From the NCBI GenBank assembly GCA_964106645.2, contig OZ067047.1: DNA of 64,000 nt. One strand, written 5' to 3'. The stretch comes from Podarcis pityusensis (lineage: Eukaryota). The position numbers were made by a program, and so were the translations under genes. Within the stretch, counting starts at the first letter, position 1, and the number at the start of each line of letters is the position of its first letter. Positions 22,098 to 34,616 of this stretch are shown piece by piece. A model generated the notes under the pieces. The model had not been told where the DNA came from. It saw nothing but the letters and a program-made list of their open reading frames with translations, and made no database searches.

Positions 22098-23914
22098 GTA
22101 CTGAGCCTGCTCCTCTGATCGGTCAGATGTCTCTAACCTGCTTCAGGTTCCAGTTTCTGAATCGAATCTTTCCAAAAGCGAGCGATTCAAAAAGTGTGAC
22201 TGATCATTCTGTCCTCTTCAGCTTTGAAGAATTTACGGGTCTCCTTTTGTGGTTACTGCGGCAGCGTTTATATTGTTTCTGCACTTGACACAGAGATATG
22301 TATATTTCAGGAAGGGGAATGCAGTGTATAGAGCAGGTGTTACTCACAAAGTTGAATGCAGCCATTGTGCCACTAATAACAGCCCACAAAGGCAGGGGTG
22401 GCCCTTTAGGTATTGTTAGTCTTCCAACTCCCAACAGCCCCAGCAGCATGGCCAATGGTCAGGGATCGTGGGAGTTGTAGTCCAATAATATCTATAGGGT
22501 TAGAGGTTCTCTTGTAAGGGTTTGCTAAACCTTATGTTTATGCTACCTGCCAGGGATTGCAAAAAAGGGGTGTTTGAGCACCATGCATGCCACAATACTT
22601 GGGTTGTAAATTGTGCAGGTCTGGTGTAGAGAGTTGCTGTTATTCCTGATATCCGAGGGCCTTTTATTTATTTTTTTTACATAACTGAGTATTTTGAAAT
22701 AACTATCCCTTAGCTCACATCAGTGGTTGCTGTCTTTACAGGATATCAGCCCTACATATCTTGTTTCACCTTGGGATAAAAACAATTCTATTGTAAACAA
22801 CCTTTTTTTCTGTGACAGGGGTCAACATTTTTGCCCAGGGCAAATAGCAAACCTGTTAAACCTTGTCATGCACATTTCAAACTAGGATTCAGTTGCACAT
22901 AGAGACTGTGAAACAGAGCTTGCCTCTGGACAGGGTTGCTGTATGATAAACACCTGTCTTTCTCCAGTCAGCAATAATGCATGAAGACAAAGTACTGGCT
23001 TCTTCCATGACTTCTCAGTATAACACTTTCTACTGCCAACAGTTCCACATGATCATGTCAAACAGTAACACAGAAGCCTGCAATCATCCGGGGAATGGAA
23101 ACATGCATGCAAAGAAGGAGGCGACAGTGAATTAGGGATCCTGCAAAGTTGTGCAGCACATTTGCTCAGGCTTAACAATACATTCAAAATCCAAAAGAGA
23201 GTATAGCATGCCTCTCTGCTGAAACTCAGAAACTTTCATCTTTACAAGTGAAAAGGTAGACAGACCTTTTACCATAACTTAATCAGAAGGTTGGGGGGGG
23301 GGGCTACTACCAGAGTCCATAGAAAATTGATTTGGTGTGTGGATGTGGCATGTACACCTCTGGTTGGCCGCTCCTGAATACAGAAAACAAACCAGTTATC
23401 TGCAAATTGAGAGTAAGCCAAATAATGCAAACCATTTGGAGGTAACAACTGAATTTCTGAAGAAGAAGGAAAGTCAAGATACGGCTTCTATTCTGAAAAT
23501 AATAGTGTAACCTGGAAGCTATATATGTGCCTCTTTCAAGGGTCTTGTTGAGAGATTTAGTAGTTCTTATGAGCTGTTGAGAATTTTACATTATTGAACT
23601 GGTATTGGAAGATTCCCCTCTTCCTCCTTGGCAGTCATCGTAGGAAAGAGCATCATGCGCCATTCATTCCAAGACTGGCTGAGAGCCAGAGCACCTTGCT
23701 GAGATCTGGGCTGTGGATGTTGGATAAATTGCTTCTTAATACTTTGAACTGGGTAGGGCCCTAAATTGGTAAGCAACCCTGGTACCTGAATAGATCTTTC
23801 TTCAGGTTTGAGGCTCTGCTGTGCTAGACAAGAGTCCTCTTGAGGCCAGTCCCAAGAATGTCTGAATCTCTTTGTTTGTGGAGGCATTCTTACGCCACCT
23901 TTCTGTTGCCACAG

Positions 23915-24051
23915 GATGAGGATGCTGCAGGCCTGGCAGAGCAGTCCCAGAGAACCACCCTGAGCAGCACTTGCGCAGCTTGCCAACAACACGTCCACTT
24001 GGTCCAGCGCTACCTGGCTGATGGCAAGCTGTACCACCGCCAGTGCTTCAG
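23915..24051 (+). CDS. MICALL1: MICALL1 coding exon 5 (LIM domain, first half)
   Basis: cacag| DEDAAG...[28 protein letters not shown] |gtaagc. Confidence 0.95.
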
Positions 24052-25139
24052 GTAAGCTCTTCCTCCTCACTGAAGACCAAGTGGAGCCACCTGCTCTCCT
24101 GTAGCCTTATCCTTCTTTGCCAGGCATCGCCTTCTAATTATGCCAAGCCCACGTAGATCATCTCTGTTCTATGAGTAGTGAGAACATACTGCCTGCATAT
24201 TTTTGCCAGCTACCATGAGGTCAGTAACTTCATTACGAAAAGAAAGAAATAAGCAGCAACCTAAAGCTTCTGTACTTGAGTGGGTCCCATAATTGCTACT
24301 GTTCTGAGAATCAGAACAGTAAAACACAGATTGCAACAGCAGCCAGTGAATAGTAGCTACAAAGTAATCAGACTTTTAAACAATGTACAGCCCAGCATAA
24401 AAATAACCAGAATGTCCAGATAAACTGAAGATTAAAACCCAGTCCTCTAAAACCCAGCAGCCTAAAAAGAAAAAAGAAAGCTGAAACAGATGGGGCTTCA
24501 AGGCTTTTTCACATCACTACTGTAGGTTAAATGATGAGGTCATATCATTTTCAAAAATATGGGCAGGTGTGGGAATATAGAACTCTACTGTGATGTTCTG
24601 CTACTAAATCCATGAGGCTCATAAGTCTCGCTGTCATTCCCAGTTCTGACCTGCTTTCTGTGTTATTGGCGTACGACTGTAGTGTAGAAAAAGTGAGGGG
24701 CACGTCTGTTTCTCAGGAAAGAGGCACATTTTCCAAACCAGCTTTGATTGTTTTACTTAATATGTCTTTTCTCTGAGGAATAAAATGTACTTGATTAACT
24801 TTATGGTGTCATATTTGCCCACGCAAAAATGGAAGACAGATCCAGCCCCGGAAAGCAAAACTGCTTTTGAGTTTAAGTCGTGTGAGAGAGACGGCACCAA
24901 TCTCTTCTCTGAAAACCTTATAGCCTGAGTTAGAAGTGCAAATCAATTGTAATTTCTATGTGGACAAATGGGGAATCAAGAAACAGAGAAGCTAAGTGAC
25001 TTAGCCTAGAGTGTCACAGGGCATCTTCGGCGAAGCTGTAAATGGAAGGTTGTTCTTCTAAGGGTGCCTGTGATCACAACTCCGCAATTCTTGCCTATCT
25101 CCACTGTTTGGTGACAGGCTTTGCTTGTGTCTCCGGCAG

Positions 25140-25705
25140 GTGTAAGGAATGCTCCAGCACTCTCCTCCCCGGTTCTTACAAGCCTGGACCTGAACTGGGC
25201 ACATTTGTGTGCACCCAGCATCGTGGCAAGTTGGGCCTGAGCGGGAGGATGGAGCGCAGGCCAAGCCCAGATCTTCAGCACGTGGGGGAAAGCGGGGAGA
25301 CTGGGATAGTGAGCACTGGTGCGGAGGAAGAGAACGGAATACTGGAGGAGCACCCATCTGCTGCGGAAGAGATAGGCAAAACGGGGGAGAGGGTAGCTGA
25401 TGGAGTGGAGAGCGAGATGCCTCTTGCGCAGCCAAAGAACGAAACACTTGCCCCTGCTCCCGGATCTGAAACCTGCTCCCAAACACCTCCCAAACCTCCT
25501 GTGCCAGCAAAGCCACCTCTGCTCATGCAAGAGAAGGCTAGCCTGCAACACGGGCAGCTCAAGGAGGCTCGGCCCACGCCTGCCCCCAGGAAGAGCACAG
25601 ACACAGCAGCAGCCCTGTCACCGCCAAGCTCCCAGCCTGTTCCAAAACCCAGAGCCAACGTGCAAAGCGAGGGATCCAGTGAGCCTGGCACTGGACTGGC
25701 CAATG
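25140..25705 (+). CDS. MICALL1: MICALL1 coding exon 6 (LIM second half, Pro-rich)
   Basis: ggcag| CKECSSTLLPGSYK...FVCTQH...PTPAPRK...GLAN |gtaagg. Confidence 0.93.
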
Positions 25706-27026
25706 GTAAGGAAATGCGTGCACAGAGGGAAGTAGTGAAGAACCCATCTGCAGCACCGTGGCAATAGCCAAACTGAAATGGGAGCCCTCATTTGCAGCTT
25801 GTGTGGATTGGAATCTTAGAATCACAGAAGGAACCTCAAAGGCCATCTAGTTAGACTCCTGAGACAGGAAACCTGCTGCTACAACATCTCTGGTAGGTGG
25901 CCACCCATGATGTTGCAGGAGCAGATTCCCTGCTGTCTCTTTTTTGTAAACTGCACTGCAGCCATCCTTGTTGAGGGGAAGTATAGAATTCTCCGCATAA
26001 ATAAATACAATTGGCAGGGGGTTGTACGAGAAAACCTTTGGAGGTACATTTCAGTTGTAGCAGTGGGCAGCTTGGCGAAAGCCCCTTTGTCCTGTGAAAC
26101 ATGCCCTTCTGATGGGACAGATAACCTGGATTCTGTGCCCATGAATTAACTGCATTCACTCCTTGTGTGCTGCTTCATTCTTCTTCCACAAGCACGATTT
26201 TCTTGTAAGGACCAGTGGAGTGGATGGAAAGAAGGGCGTGGAGATTCAAGGCTGGGTGTGCCTTGGGCATAGATCAGAGAGCCGTAGCCAGGATGGAGGG
26301 AAAGGAGCTGTGTGGCTGTGCAGTCATGCTCCCAGAAGGCAAGAGAAGATTTATTTGGCCACTTTCCTAGTTTCTGAGGTTTCGCAAGATGCTGCGCAGC
26401 TGCATGTTGGGAGCTTTCATCCCTGGCTATAAAAACAAGTTATCCCAGCGTAATGGATTTGGACATCCTTGCTAGGAGATGAGACACATGGGTATGTTAA
26501 GAGCATTAGGAGAGCCCAGCTGGATCAGACCAAAGGCCCATCTAGTCCAGCATCCTGCTCTCACAGTTGCCAACCAGAGGCCTATGGGAAGCCTGCAAGC
26601 AAAACTAGAGCTCAAGAGCAGTCTCCCCACTTGTATAACAGCTGTTATTCAGCAGCAGATTGCCTCTGACAGTACAGGGGGAAAACATAGAGCTATTAGC
26701 CATTATGGCAATCTGCCATGACTTTGTCTAAGCCTCCATTAAGGCACCTATTTTGCTGGCTATCCCTACGTCCTGTGGGAATGAATCCCATAGATTTAAC
26801 TGTGTGCTAGAAGAAGTATTAACTGTCGCCCTGAATTTTCCAACAAATTCAGTAGTGCTTGAAAACTGTTGCGAGAGAGGGAGAAAAATCCTTTCTCTCC
26901 ACTTTTTCCAAACTGCATAATTGTATACACATCTATCATGTTCTCCCTTACTTGCCTTTCCCCCTCTCCTAAACATAAAAGCCCCTAATGTTGCACCCTT
27001 TCTTGTGTTCTTCATTTCTGGATTAG

Positions 27027-27090
27027 GTAGGCCTCCTGAGCCCTGTCCTCCTGTTCCGAAGCCCAGAGGCAGACCCACGTCCTCCGAGCG
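27027..27090 (+). CDS. MICALL1: MICALL1 coding exon 7
   Basis: gattag| (G)RPPEPCPPVPKPRGRPTSSE |gtatgt; phase-consistent. Confidence 0.82.
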
Positions 27091-28222
27091 GTATGTCCCT
27101 TTTGCTTGCAAATCACACACAGACAGCGAGATAAATGTTGACCTTCCTTCCATTTTCCTTTTTCCCTGTTCATGCAAATTGAGCTGCAGGATGGGCATGC
27201 ATTGGAGGTTTTAAGTGAGGGATGGGGGCTCATTCAGAACTTGTTATTCTGAAGTAGTGACACTCCCCCCCCCCCCCAAACTATTGAAGAGAGAATCCTG
27301 GGTCCTTGCAGAGCAATACAGACAGCAACACCCCCCCTTCAATCTGTGTATCTCTTGCCAAAATGCAAGTTAACAAACAACTGTGTAGACCACACTTCTC
27401 CAACCTGGTGCTCTCCAGATGTTGTTGGCCTGCAACTCCCACCATCCCTGAACCCTTCCTGTGCAGTGCTGATGGGAAGGTGGAGTTAAAAAACATATTG
27501 AGGGCACCCAGTTGGGGAAGGCTGACTAGATAGTAAATCATGCAGATGAACCCTGTGTAGGAAGAACAGCATGTCTTGATTTCCAAAGGGTAGCTATGCT
27601 AGTCTATTGCAAAGAGTCTTGTGGCACCTTTAAGGACTAGCAAAGCTAAGAAATCGGGTAGTTTTCCCTGGACCATGTGTCACAAGACTCTTCATCATGC
27701 TTTAAGCAGCTCTTCGCAATTTCAGCCACATAGAGGGGAAGATGGAAAGGCTCAGGGTCATGTCTGAGTCACTTGATGTCTCCCAGTCCAGCACAGATGG
27801 AAATGGTTGTTCTCAGTGCATCAGACTATCTATAGCTTGAGAATCCAAAGCTGCTGCTCAGTATTCCTGCCTGAAAGATTGGAGAAAAAAATAACAGGGC
27901 CGTGTATATTCTAAACATAACAACCAAAGTCATGATTCAGTACCAAGAAAATATGCTTTCTGCTTTTCAGCCTTCAAAATATACATGTGTCTATCTTTTT
28001 TCTTTTTTCTTTTAAGCAAAGGGTTATGAAGTAAATTAAGATTCTGCAGGGGGGGAGTGAATGCTGTGTTCACTATCAGCTTGTGGTCTTGTGTGGCACA
28101 CTTGCGGAATATGTGCAGCCTTGGGCTTCAGAGACCGAGCGTCTTGCTTGGGAGGAGCCTCTTTTCCATTTTGTACTCTCCCCCTTTCATCCTTCCTTAC
28201 CCCATATATTTTCTCCTGCCAG

Positions 28223-28629
28223 AACTGGGGAATGCCTGCGGCCCAAAGACCCTCCCTGGATTGCATTGGTCCAGGGAGAGCCCAAGAAGAAGCCGGCCCC
28301 TCCGCCTCCCCCGCCAGGTAGTCGCAAGGAGAGCCCCTCAAGGGTTTCAGAGGAGGATGAAGGCGGAGAAGGGAAAGCGCAAGGCAGGGAAGGCAGGCCC
28401 ACTCCGGAGGAGCCCAAGCCGTATAATCCCTTTGAGGATGATGAGGAAGAGCAGCAGGAGGAGGAAGAAGAGGAGGGAGTCGTCGCGCAACAGAGCACGC
28501 CAAAGCAAGAGCAGAGTGAGGGCGAGCCCACCTCCAAGGTGGCTCATCCCTGGTATGGCATCACCCCCACCAGCAGCCCCAAGACCAAGAAGCGGCCAGC
28601 TCCAAGGGCCCCCAACGCATCCCCTCTTG
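28223..28629 (+). CDS. MICALL1: MICALL1 coding exon 8 (first NPF motif)
   Basis: gccag| [11 protein letters not shown]...[13 protein letters not shown]...[23 protein letters not shown] |gtgagt. Confidence 0.93.
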
Positions 28630-29239
28630 GTGAGTCTCCACCCTGCCTTCCAACAGGAAGGAAAAGAATGAGCTCTCTCATGGCTTGCACCAATGTGGCT
28701 TGGATGTTTGAGGCCTGGTCCTGCCATGCTTGCCGTGGCTGGGGTTCCTTCAGGGCTTTGTTGGACTCAAGCTCCCATCATCCCTGACCACTAGCCATGC
28801 TGGAGAAGGCTGATGGGAGTTGGAGTCCAGCAACGTTGAAGGGGAGATGCTCAGGTTCCCCATCTTTCGAATGGGCCTGTCTGGAAAAGGTGTTCTGTCA
28901 TGCTATGACTTTTTTTTCTGCCCGAGCGCTGCCTTCACTCCTGGGTGCTTTGGGGGGGGGGGGGCAAATTGGCTGGGGCAGCAAAGGTAAATTTTGCCTT
29001 TGGACCAGTAGGCTAGGTTTTGCGCACACACATCGTTCTCTGTCCTCCAAATGGACAATCAAGAGGCAATATCGGAGTTCAAGGACACATTCCAAGCAGG
29101 CATATTGGGGGCCAAAGCAAGGCCAGTGGGAGGTGTGGCATGGGGAGGGTTCAGAGGGCTGGGCAGAGAGGCCTAAAGAGCCATGCTTGGGCCTGAGTTC
29201 CCCGACTTTCGTCTCACCTGTACTTTCCCCTCGTTGCAG

Positions 29240-29727
29240 CTCACCACCCCATCTCCCGACTCTCCCGCTCGGAGCCGTCTTCCTCCACGCCCTCGCCCGC
29301 CCTGAGCCTGGAGAGCATCGCATCCGAGTGTTTGGCCAAGGGCGCGGACGACTTGGACGAGACCTCCGTGCCCAAGAGCTCCTCGGAGCCCGCAGTCCAC
29401 GTCCCAGCCGCCACTTCCATTGTCTCCTCCTCAGCCCCTCCGCTCCCCCGTCTCTCCTCCTCTGGTGAGGAGTGTCCCACAGCCCTGCCCAGCAGCTCGG
29501 CCAACTCCTCCTTTTCGTCCTCCAGCGATTTGGCTGGCGATGGCAGTGAGGCACAAGGGGGACATTCACAGACTGCCCGAACCTCCTCATCTGGGAACTT
29601 GAAAACCTCTCCTGGGGGAGCCTCCCCCAAGCCTTCGGCCGGGGCCATTCCCACGCCTATCCTCTTGGCCTCGGAGCTGAGTGGTGCGGCTGCCAGGAGC
29701 TCTCCATCACCCAAAGCACAGCCAAAG
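29240..29727 (+). CDS. MICALL1: MICALL1 coding exon 9 (Ser-rich)
   Basis: ttgcag| SRLSRSEPSSSTPSPALSLES...VPKSSSEPAVH...SPKAQPK |gtaagt. Confidence 0.9.
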
Positions 29728-29937
29728 GTAAGTTGGAGTCGCTTTCCTAGGTTCTGGTCGTGAGACCCATCCTTCGTCCCTGCAGGTTTTTGAAAAACAA
29801 TGACCTTTTGCCTTGCTCTGTTACTTTGAAAGGTCCCTGAAATGAACTGAGAAGTTTTTATGTGTGCATGTTTGTGTCTGTAACAAAGCATCTGGCCAGG
29901 AAGTCCCAGCCAGAGTTACAGCTTTACTGTCTTCATA

Positions 29938-30132
29938 CAGTGGCACTTTGGTTTGCAACCGCTTTGGATTACAACCACGTCAAACCTGGAAGTGTGTGTC
30001 CCTTTTTTTTTGGATTACAACCCATTTTTGGGGGGAGGCCCCATTGGCGAAAGCGCACCTTGGGTTACAACCTGTTTTGGTTTACAACCAGACCTCCGGA
30101 ACAGATTATGGTTGTAAACCAAGGTACCACTG
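29938..30132. mobile_element. Tc1/mariner-type MITE, diverged
   Basis: TA-flanked cagtggcactttggttt...aaaccaaggtaccactg. Confidence 0.78.
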
Positions 30133-30993
30133 TATCCCCAGAGACATGACAACTTCTTGGCCTGCTCTCCACTCTTGCCTCTAGCACCACCCGCTGGTTA
30201 TGTTATGTACTGCTTATTTTGCAGCCTTACAAATAATTAACTCCGGGTAGAAGCTGCTGTTATGAAGCATTGCACAGGGTTTCAGATCCTCTGTCAATGC
30301 TGCTTTAAAGATGGCATGCACAACAAAGGCTGTTCTCATGGGGAAAGTCTGTTAGGGCTGTGTTTAATGGTGCTTAGGGCCAGATCTGATTGGGGGGCTT
30401 CTGATTCCCCCACCCCTGCTTTAACTCTCCATCAGTTTTGGCTTTTTGCTCCATTCTCTCCCCCTTCCCATTAACATAAGCCTAAACTGATCACATGCAG
30501 AGGGCTTGAAATGAGGGCTGCCTGTGGCTCATGAGCTGCAGAGGAGGGGGCTGACACGAAATTCCCCAGCCACAGAGTGCTGCAGGGTTTCGTGTCAGCC
30601 CCCCTCCCTCCATCTTTTACCCCGGGAAATTTAAAACTCACTGCTCCACCATGCAATTCCCTGTTCCACCAGGATCCCTTGAACTGCAGGGCAGTCTCAC
30701 TGTGGCTGGCTTGTCCTCAGTTGCTGAGCATGGCTGTCGGGAGTGTCCCCAGCATTTGTGATTTCTCGTGTGCACTGCCTCATTTCCCTTGCTCAAAATC
30801 AGGAGTCCCTGGCCTGTGTCTGTTGCAAAAGAGGCCTGGCTACTACGCCCCCCCCCCCCCGTGCCAGAGCTGAGTCCCTGCTCCAGAGATATGGTCCTCA
30901 AAAGTGCCAGGGTGGAGTGGCAGGTTCAGGATCCCATTGTGGTGCAGCCCAAGAGGTATATTTTGATATTCTGCTTGGTGTGTTTGTCCCCAG

Positions 30994-31128
30994 TCATCCT
31001 GCAAAGAGAATCCCTTCAACCGGAAGCCGTCGCCTGTCACATCCCCCTCCATTAAGAAAACTCCAAAGGGACCCAAGCCAGCGAGGCCTCCTGCTCCGGG
31101 ACATGGCTTCCCACTAATTAAACGGAAG
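30994..31128 (+). CDS. MICALL1: MICALL1 coding exon 10 (second NPF motif)
   Basis: cccag| [14 protein letters not shown]...[15 protein letters not shown] |gtaacg. Confidence 0.95.
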
Positions 31129-31919
31129 GTAACGAGGATTGGGGGCTTCTGCCTCATTTGCCATGCTACTTAATTTCCCACAAATTGCTCACAAAAGGAG
31201 TATTTAAATTAACTGAGCTAACTCAGTCGTGTTTGTTAACTTTGGTGGGTTCTACTCTGAGTAAAACTTAATTGAATACCACCCCTGTGAAGAGGGATTG
31301 CATACTTTCTAGCGGGGTGATTGAGAGCTAAGGGCTGGTGTGAGGCATTTGTATGTAGTGGTTGTGGCTTCCTCTGAAAGCTACACCGTAACAAAAGTTG
31401 CTGGGGCAGATTCTAAATGCTGAGCCTGAAACCTGGCTTGAAAGGTGCTGAAGGCAAGCCTCGCTTGCAGAGGAACAGTTATCTGGGATCAGGTGTGGGG
31501 CAAGGCTTGGGGAAATGACAGCACAGGCCAAAGTAGGACCAGGACATGTTTAGTTAGGCCTGCAGGCTGGAGGTTCCTCACCAGTGCTTTATGTTTACTC
31601 TGTGGACTCCAGAATTTGTCTCCTTAAGAATGTCGGCCAAAACAAGTTTCTGCCCCTCATGATTGTGTAGGAAACCATCTGAAACATTCAGTAGTGATAA
31701 TTTTAGGTAAGGAGGCTAGGAAAGATTTTGGGTGGGAGACCCCTGCCAGGTTCTGCCCTACATCTTGCCCTAATTCACAGATACATATTTTTAAAAATGT
31801 ATTCCCCATGACTCTTATCTCCCTCCTCCCACCCTGGAGTCAGTAGTTATCTTCTAGAAAGCCACGCCTGCCTTGTTAGAAACAGGAAGCATGATCTTTG
31901 GTTCCTTGCCTTTTTACAG

Positions 31920-32049
31920 GTTCAGTCAGACCAGTATGTTCCAGTGGAGGACATCTATGGCGAGATGGACAGCATTGAGCAACAGCTGGATGAGCTGGAG
32001 CATCGAGGGGTTGAGCTGGAAAGGAAGCTTCGCAGCATGGAAAATAATG
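31920..32049 (+). CDS. MICALL1: MICALL1 coding exon 11 (bMERB start)
   Basis: ttacag| [38 protein letters not shown] |gtagag (weak donor). Confidence 0.9.
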
Positions 32050-32817
32050 GTAGAGTGGTGGATCACTGCCTGTGAGGCTGCGCAGGGCGAGGCAGAAGGC
32101 AGGAAGATTCGCAGGATATATGAGCGTCATCTTCGGTCATGCTTGCTGGGGCTGCTGGGAGTTCTAGTTCAGCAACACCCGGAAGGCCAAAGGTTTCCCT
32201 GCACCTGATATAATGTAGCCAAGTTTGCTTTTCCATGGCTTGGGCACCACCTGCCTATCTTTGCTTATCCCACTGTGTATATTCATGGGGTGAATGTTAA
32301 AAAATATTATATGTATATGAATTATCCATGTTTGTTAAAATATATACCATGTAATACTTGGTTAGGGAACTTTCAGGCAGAAGGGTTTCTGTGTTCAGAG
32401 CAAAGGCAAGGAGGGAAGAGGTTAAGCTTTGGCAACTTGGAAAAGATGGGTCAGGTTTAAAAACAAAAGCCAACCCTCCAGGATGTTTGGTATTTGTGTC
32501 CGGAGATGGAGGTGATTGAGGAAATGCCTTTGTGCGTGTCCTGGTAGTGCTGCTGCTTCAAAAATAGCATTTCTAGGTTTCAGGTGCCCTGAAGCTAATG
32601 TGGACTAACAGTAAGAGCTGCTGTAGCTGCCTCATCCCTTTGCCTCTGTGGTGGGCAGATCTCAGGGAAGGTCTCAGTGGTAGAGCACATGCTGTGCATG
32701 GCAAAGATCTGGGTTCAGTCCCTGGCATTTCTACGTAGGGCTGAGAAAGTCCCCTGGTCTGAAACCCTGGAGAGCCACTGCCAAGGTAGATGAACCAATG
32801 GTCTAATTCAGTATTGG

Positions 32818-33292
32818 TGTCAGGCTCTGAAGAGTGTGTAGCAGAGGCAGGGGGACAGGGGAGTGACCCCAGAGAGGGACCAGTGATTTATGGGATGCCA
32901 CGCAACCCACAAGGCAGGAGCAGGAGCCAGGGCAATTCAAGGCAGAAGAAGAAGAGACCGTTCAGGCAAGGGACGGGTCAGTAGACCTTCCTCTGTCCCA
33001 CTGTCTCCTGGGAGCAGGAGGGGCTTGAAAATGGAAGAGCAGCGACGACTTCTGTGCAGGAGGTCTCAGGTTGAGGCCACGCCACCCGTCAGATAAGCCT
33101 GAGGATGGGAGGGGGCCCCATTGTTGCCGCAACTTCTCCGTAGGGCCCAGACCTATGGACAGCTGCATAGAGGCTAGAAGTGTGTGAGTATGTGTATCCA
33201 GAGCACGATGGAAGCTACTGTAAGTGTTTCTCTAGCCAACAAAGAGTTAACTGTCAGACGTGCATCTTCCTTATCTGAGATAGGCCAGGACA
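32818..33292 (+). mobile_element. Probable older solo LTR (475 bp) inserted in a SINE tail in MICALL1 intron 11
   Basis: TGTCAGG...GGACA termini; purine-rich U3-like body; splits a SINE motif (ggtctaattcagta | aaggtagcttc); TSD degraded. Confidence 0.6.
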
Positions 33293-33359
33293 GTAAGGTA
33301 GCTTCGTACCCGTGTGGCCTTCTCAGCTCTTTCCCTTCCTCTGTCCCTTTGACCAGCAG

Positions 33360-33450
33360 ATATTCCTGAAGACGGCTTGCTGGTCGACTGGTTCAAGCTC
33401 ATCCACGAGAAGCACATGCTGGTGCGCCGGGAGTCTGAACTCATCTATAT
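33360..33450 (+). CDS. MICALL1: MICALL1 coding exon 12
   Basis: cagcag| (D)[29 protein letters not shown] |gtaagt; alternative acceptor at 33357. Confidence 0.92.
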
Positions 33451-34221
33451 GTAAGTACACATGGTTGATTAATGGCCACACACTTTCTAGGGGGCAAGTG
33501 CCGCTCTTTGCAGGCTCAGTCCCAAACGCCAAAGGCCATCTCAAACAGGTAGATCAGAAGTTGGGGGCGCCATATGTTGTTGGGCTCCATCTCCCATCGT
33601 CTCCAGCCAGCATGGCCAGTGGCCAGCAATGATGGGAACTCTCATCCAACAGCATCTTGAGAGGCTCAGATTCCCCATCCAGGATTGGATCTTCCAACCT
33701 TCAGAAATAATCTGGACTTTGCTGAGTAGGCATAGGGAATGCCATAATGGCAAGGAGGATGAGCTAGTTATAGAATATACTATTACAGATGCCACATAAT
33801 ATTAGTTCTGCACTTGTAAGAAATAGATCTTGCAGGGGGGGGGGGCACCACCAAAACTCTGGAACTCACTGCCTATTGACGCCTTTACTGTACTCTTTTC
33901 AGCGCCTGTCAGAAACTTTACCCAAAGATGTAAAAACTGACAGACATTTTAATCTGCCATTTTAGCCTAGCTGACTTTATTTATATATTTTATATATATA
34001 TTTATATATTTTGTTTTTAAAAAATAACTTTAACTTTTATCAATAATTCTAATGTATATTTTATGCCTTTTGTAAACCACTTAGAAGTTTTACTTCCAGT
34101 TAAGCGGTTTATGCAAATTTTGTTAAAAATAAAAAATAAATTTGCCTTGCTGAAGATTCCCATCCCACTGCTCCCACATCTTGGTGCTGGCATGTAACTC
34201 TCCTCTTTTCCTTCCTTCTAG

Positions 34222-34295
34222 TTTTAAGCAGCAGAACTTGGAGCAGCGTCAGGCTGATGTGGAGTATGAGCTGCGATGCCTCCTCAACAAACCTG
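34222..34295 (+). CDS. MICALL1: MICALL1 coding exon 13
   Basis: ttctag| [24 protein letters not shown] |gtacgt. Confidence 0.95.
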
Positions 34296-34584
34296 GTACG
34301 TCTCTCAGGGTGTGATACGAGCAGTTTTTAAAAAAGCGATCTTTGCCGTAGCATTTGAGAATGACTTGAAAATGATTTTGGATGCATTTGAAGGGAACAG
34401 TGTTACAGGATCTACGTGAGGAGACCATGCCAGGCAATGTGAGCTGTTTCTTGTTCCCCTGGTGTGCTCAGGCTTTGCTGGGATGGCCAGTGCTCCAGGT
34501 TGCTCACTTTGAACGTTAGCCTAAGTATGTTTCTTCATAAGGTGCTTACAGTTCCTTCAGTATCCTTAAAATTGTGTATGTCCG

Positions 34585-34616
34585 TTTGTTTGTTTGTTTG
34601 TTTGTTTGTTTGTTTG
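34585..34616. repeat. (GTTT)n microsatellite
   Basis: Directly visible. Confidence 0.93.

Noticed and set aside
29461-29470. Internal donor TCTG|GTGAGG in MICALL1 exon 9
   Set aside because: Its use would frameshift into exon 10; the downstream donor at 29728 keeps frame.
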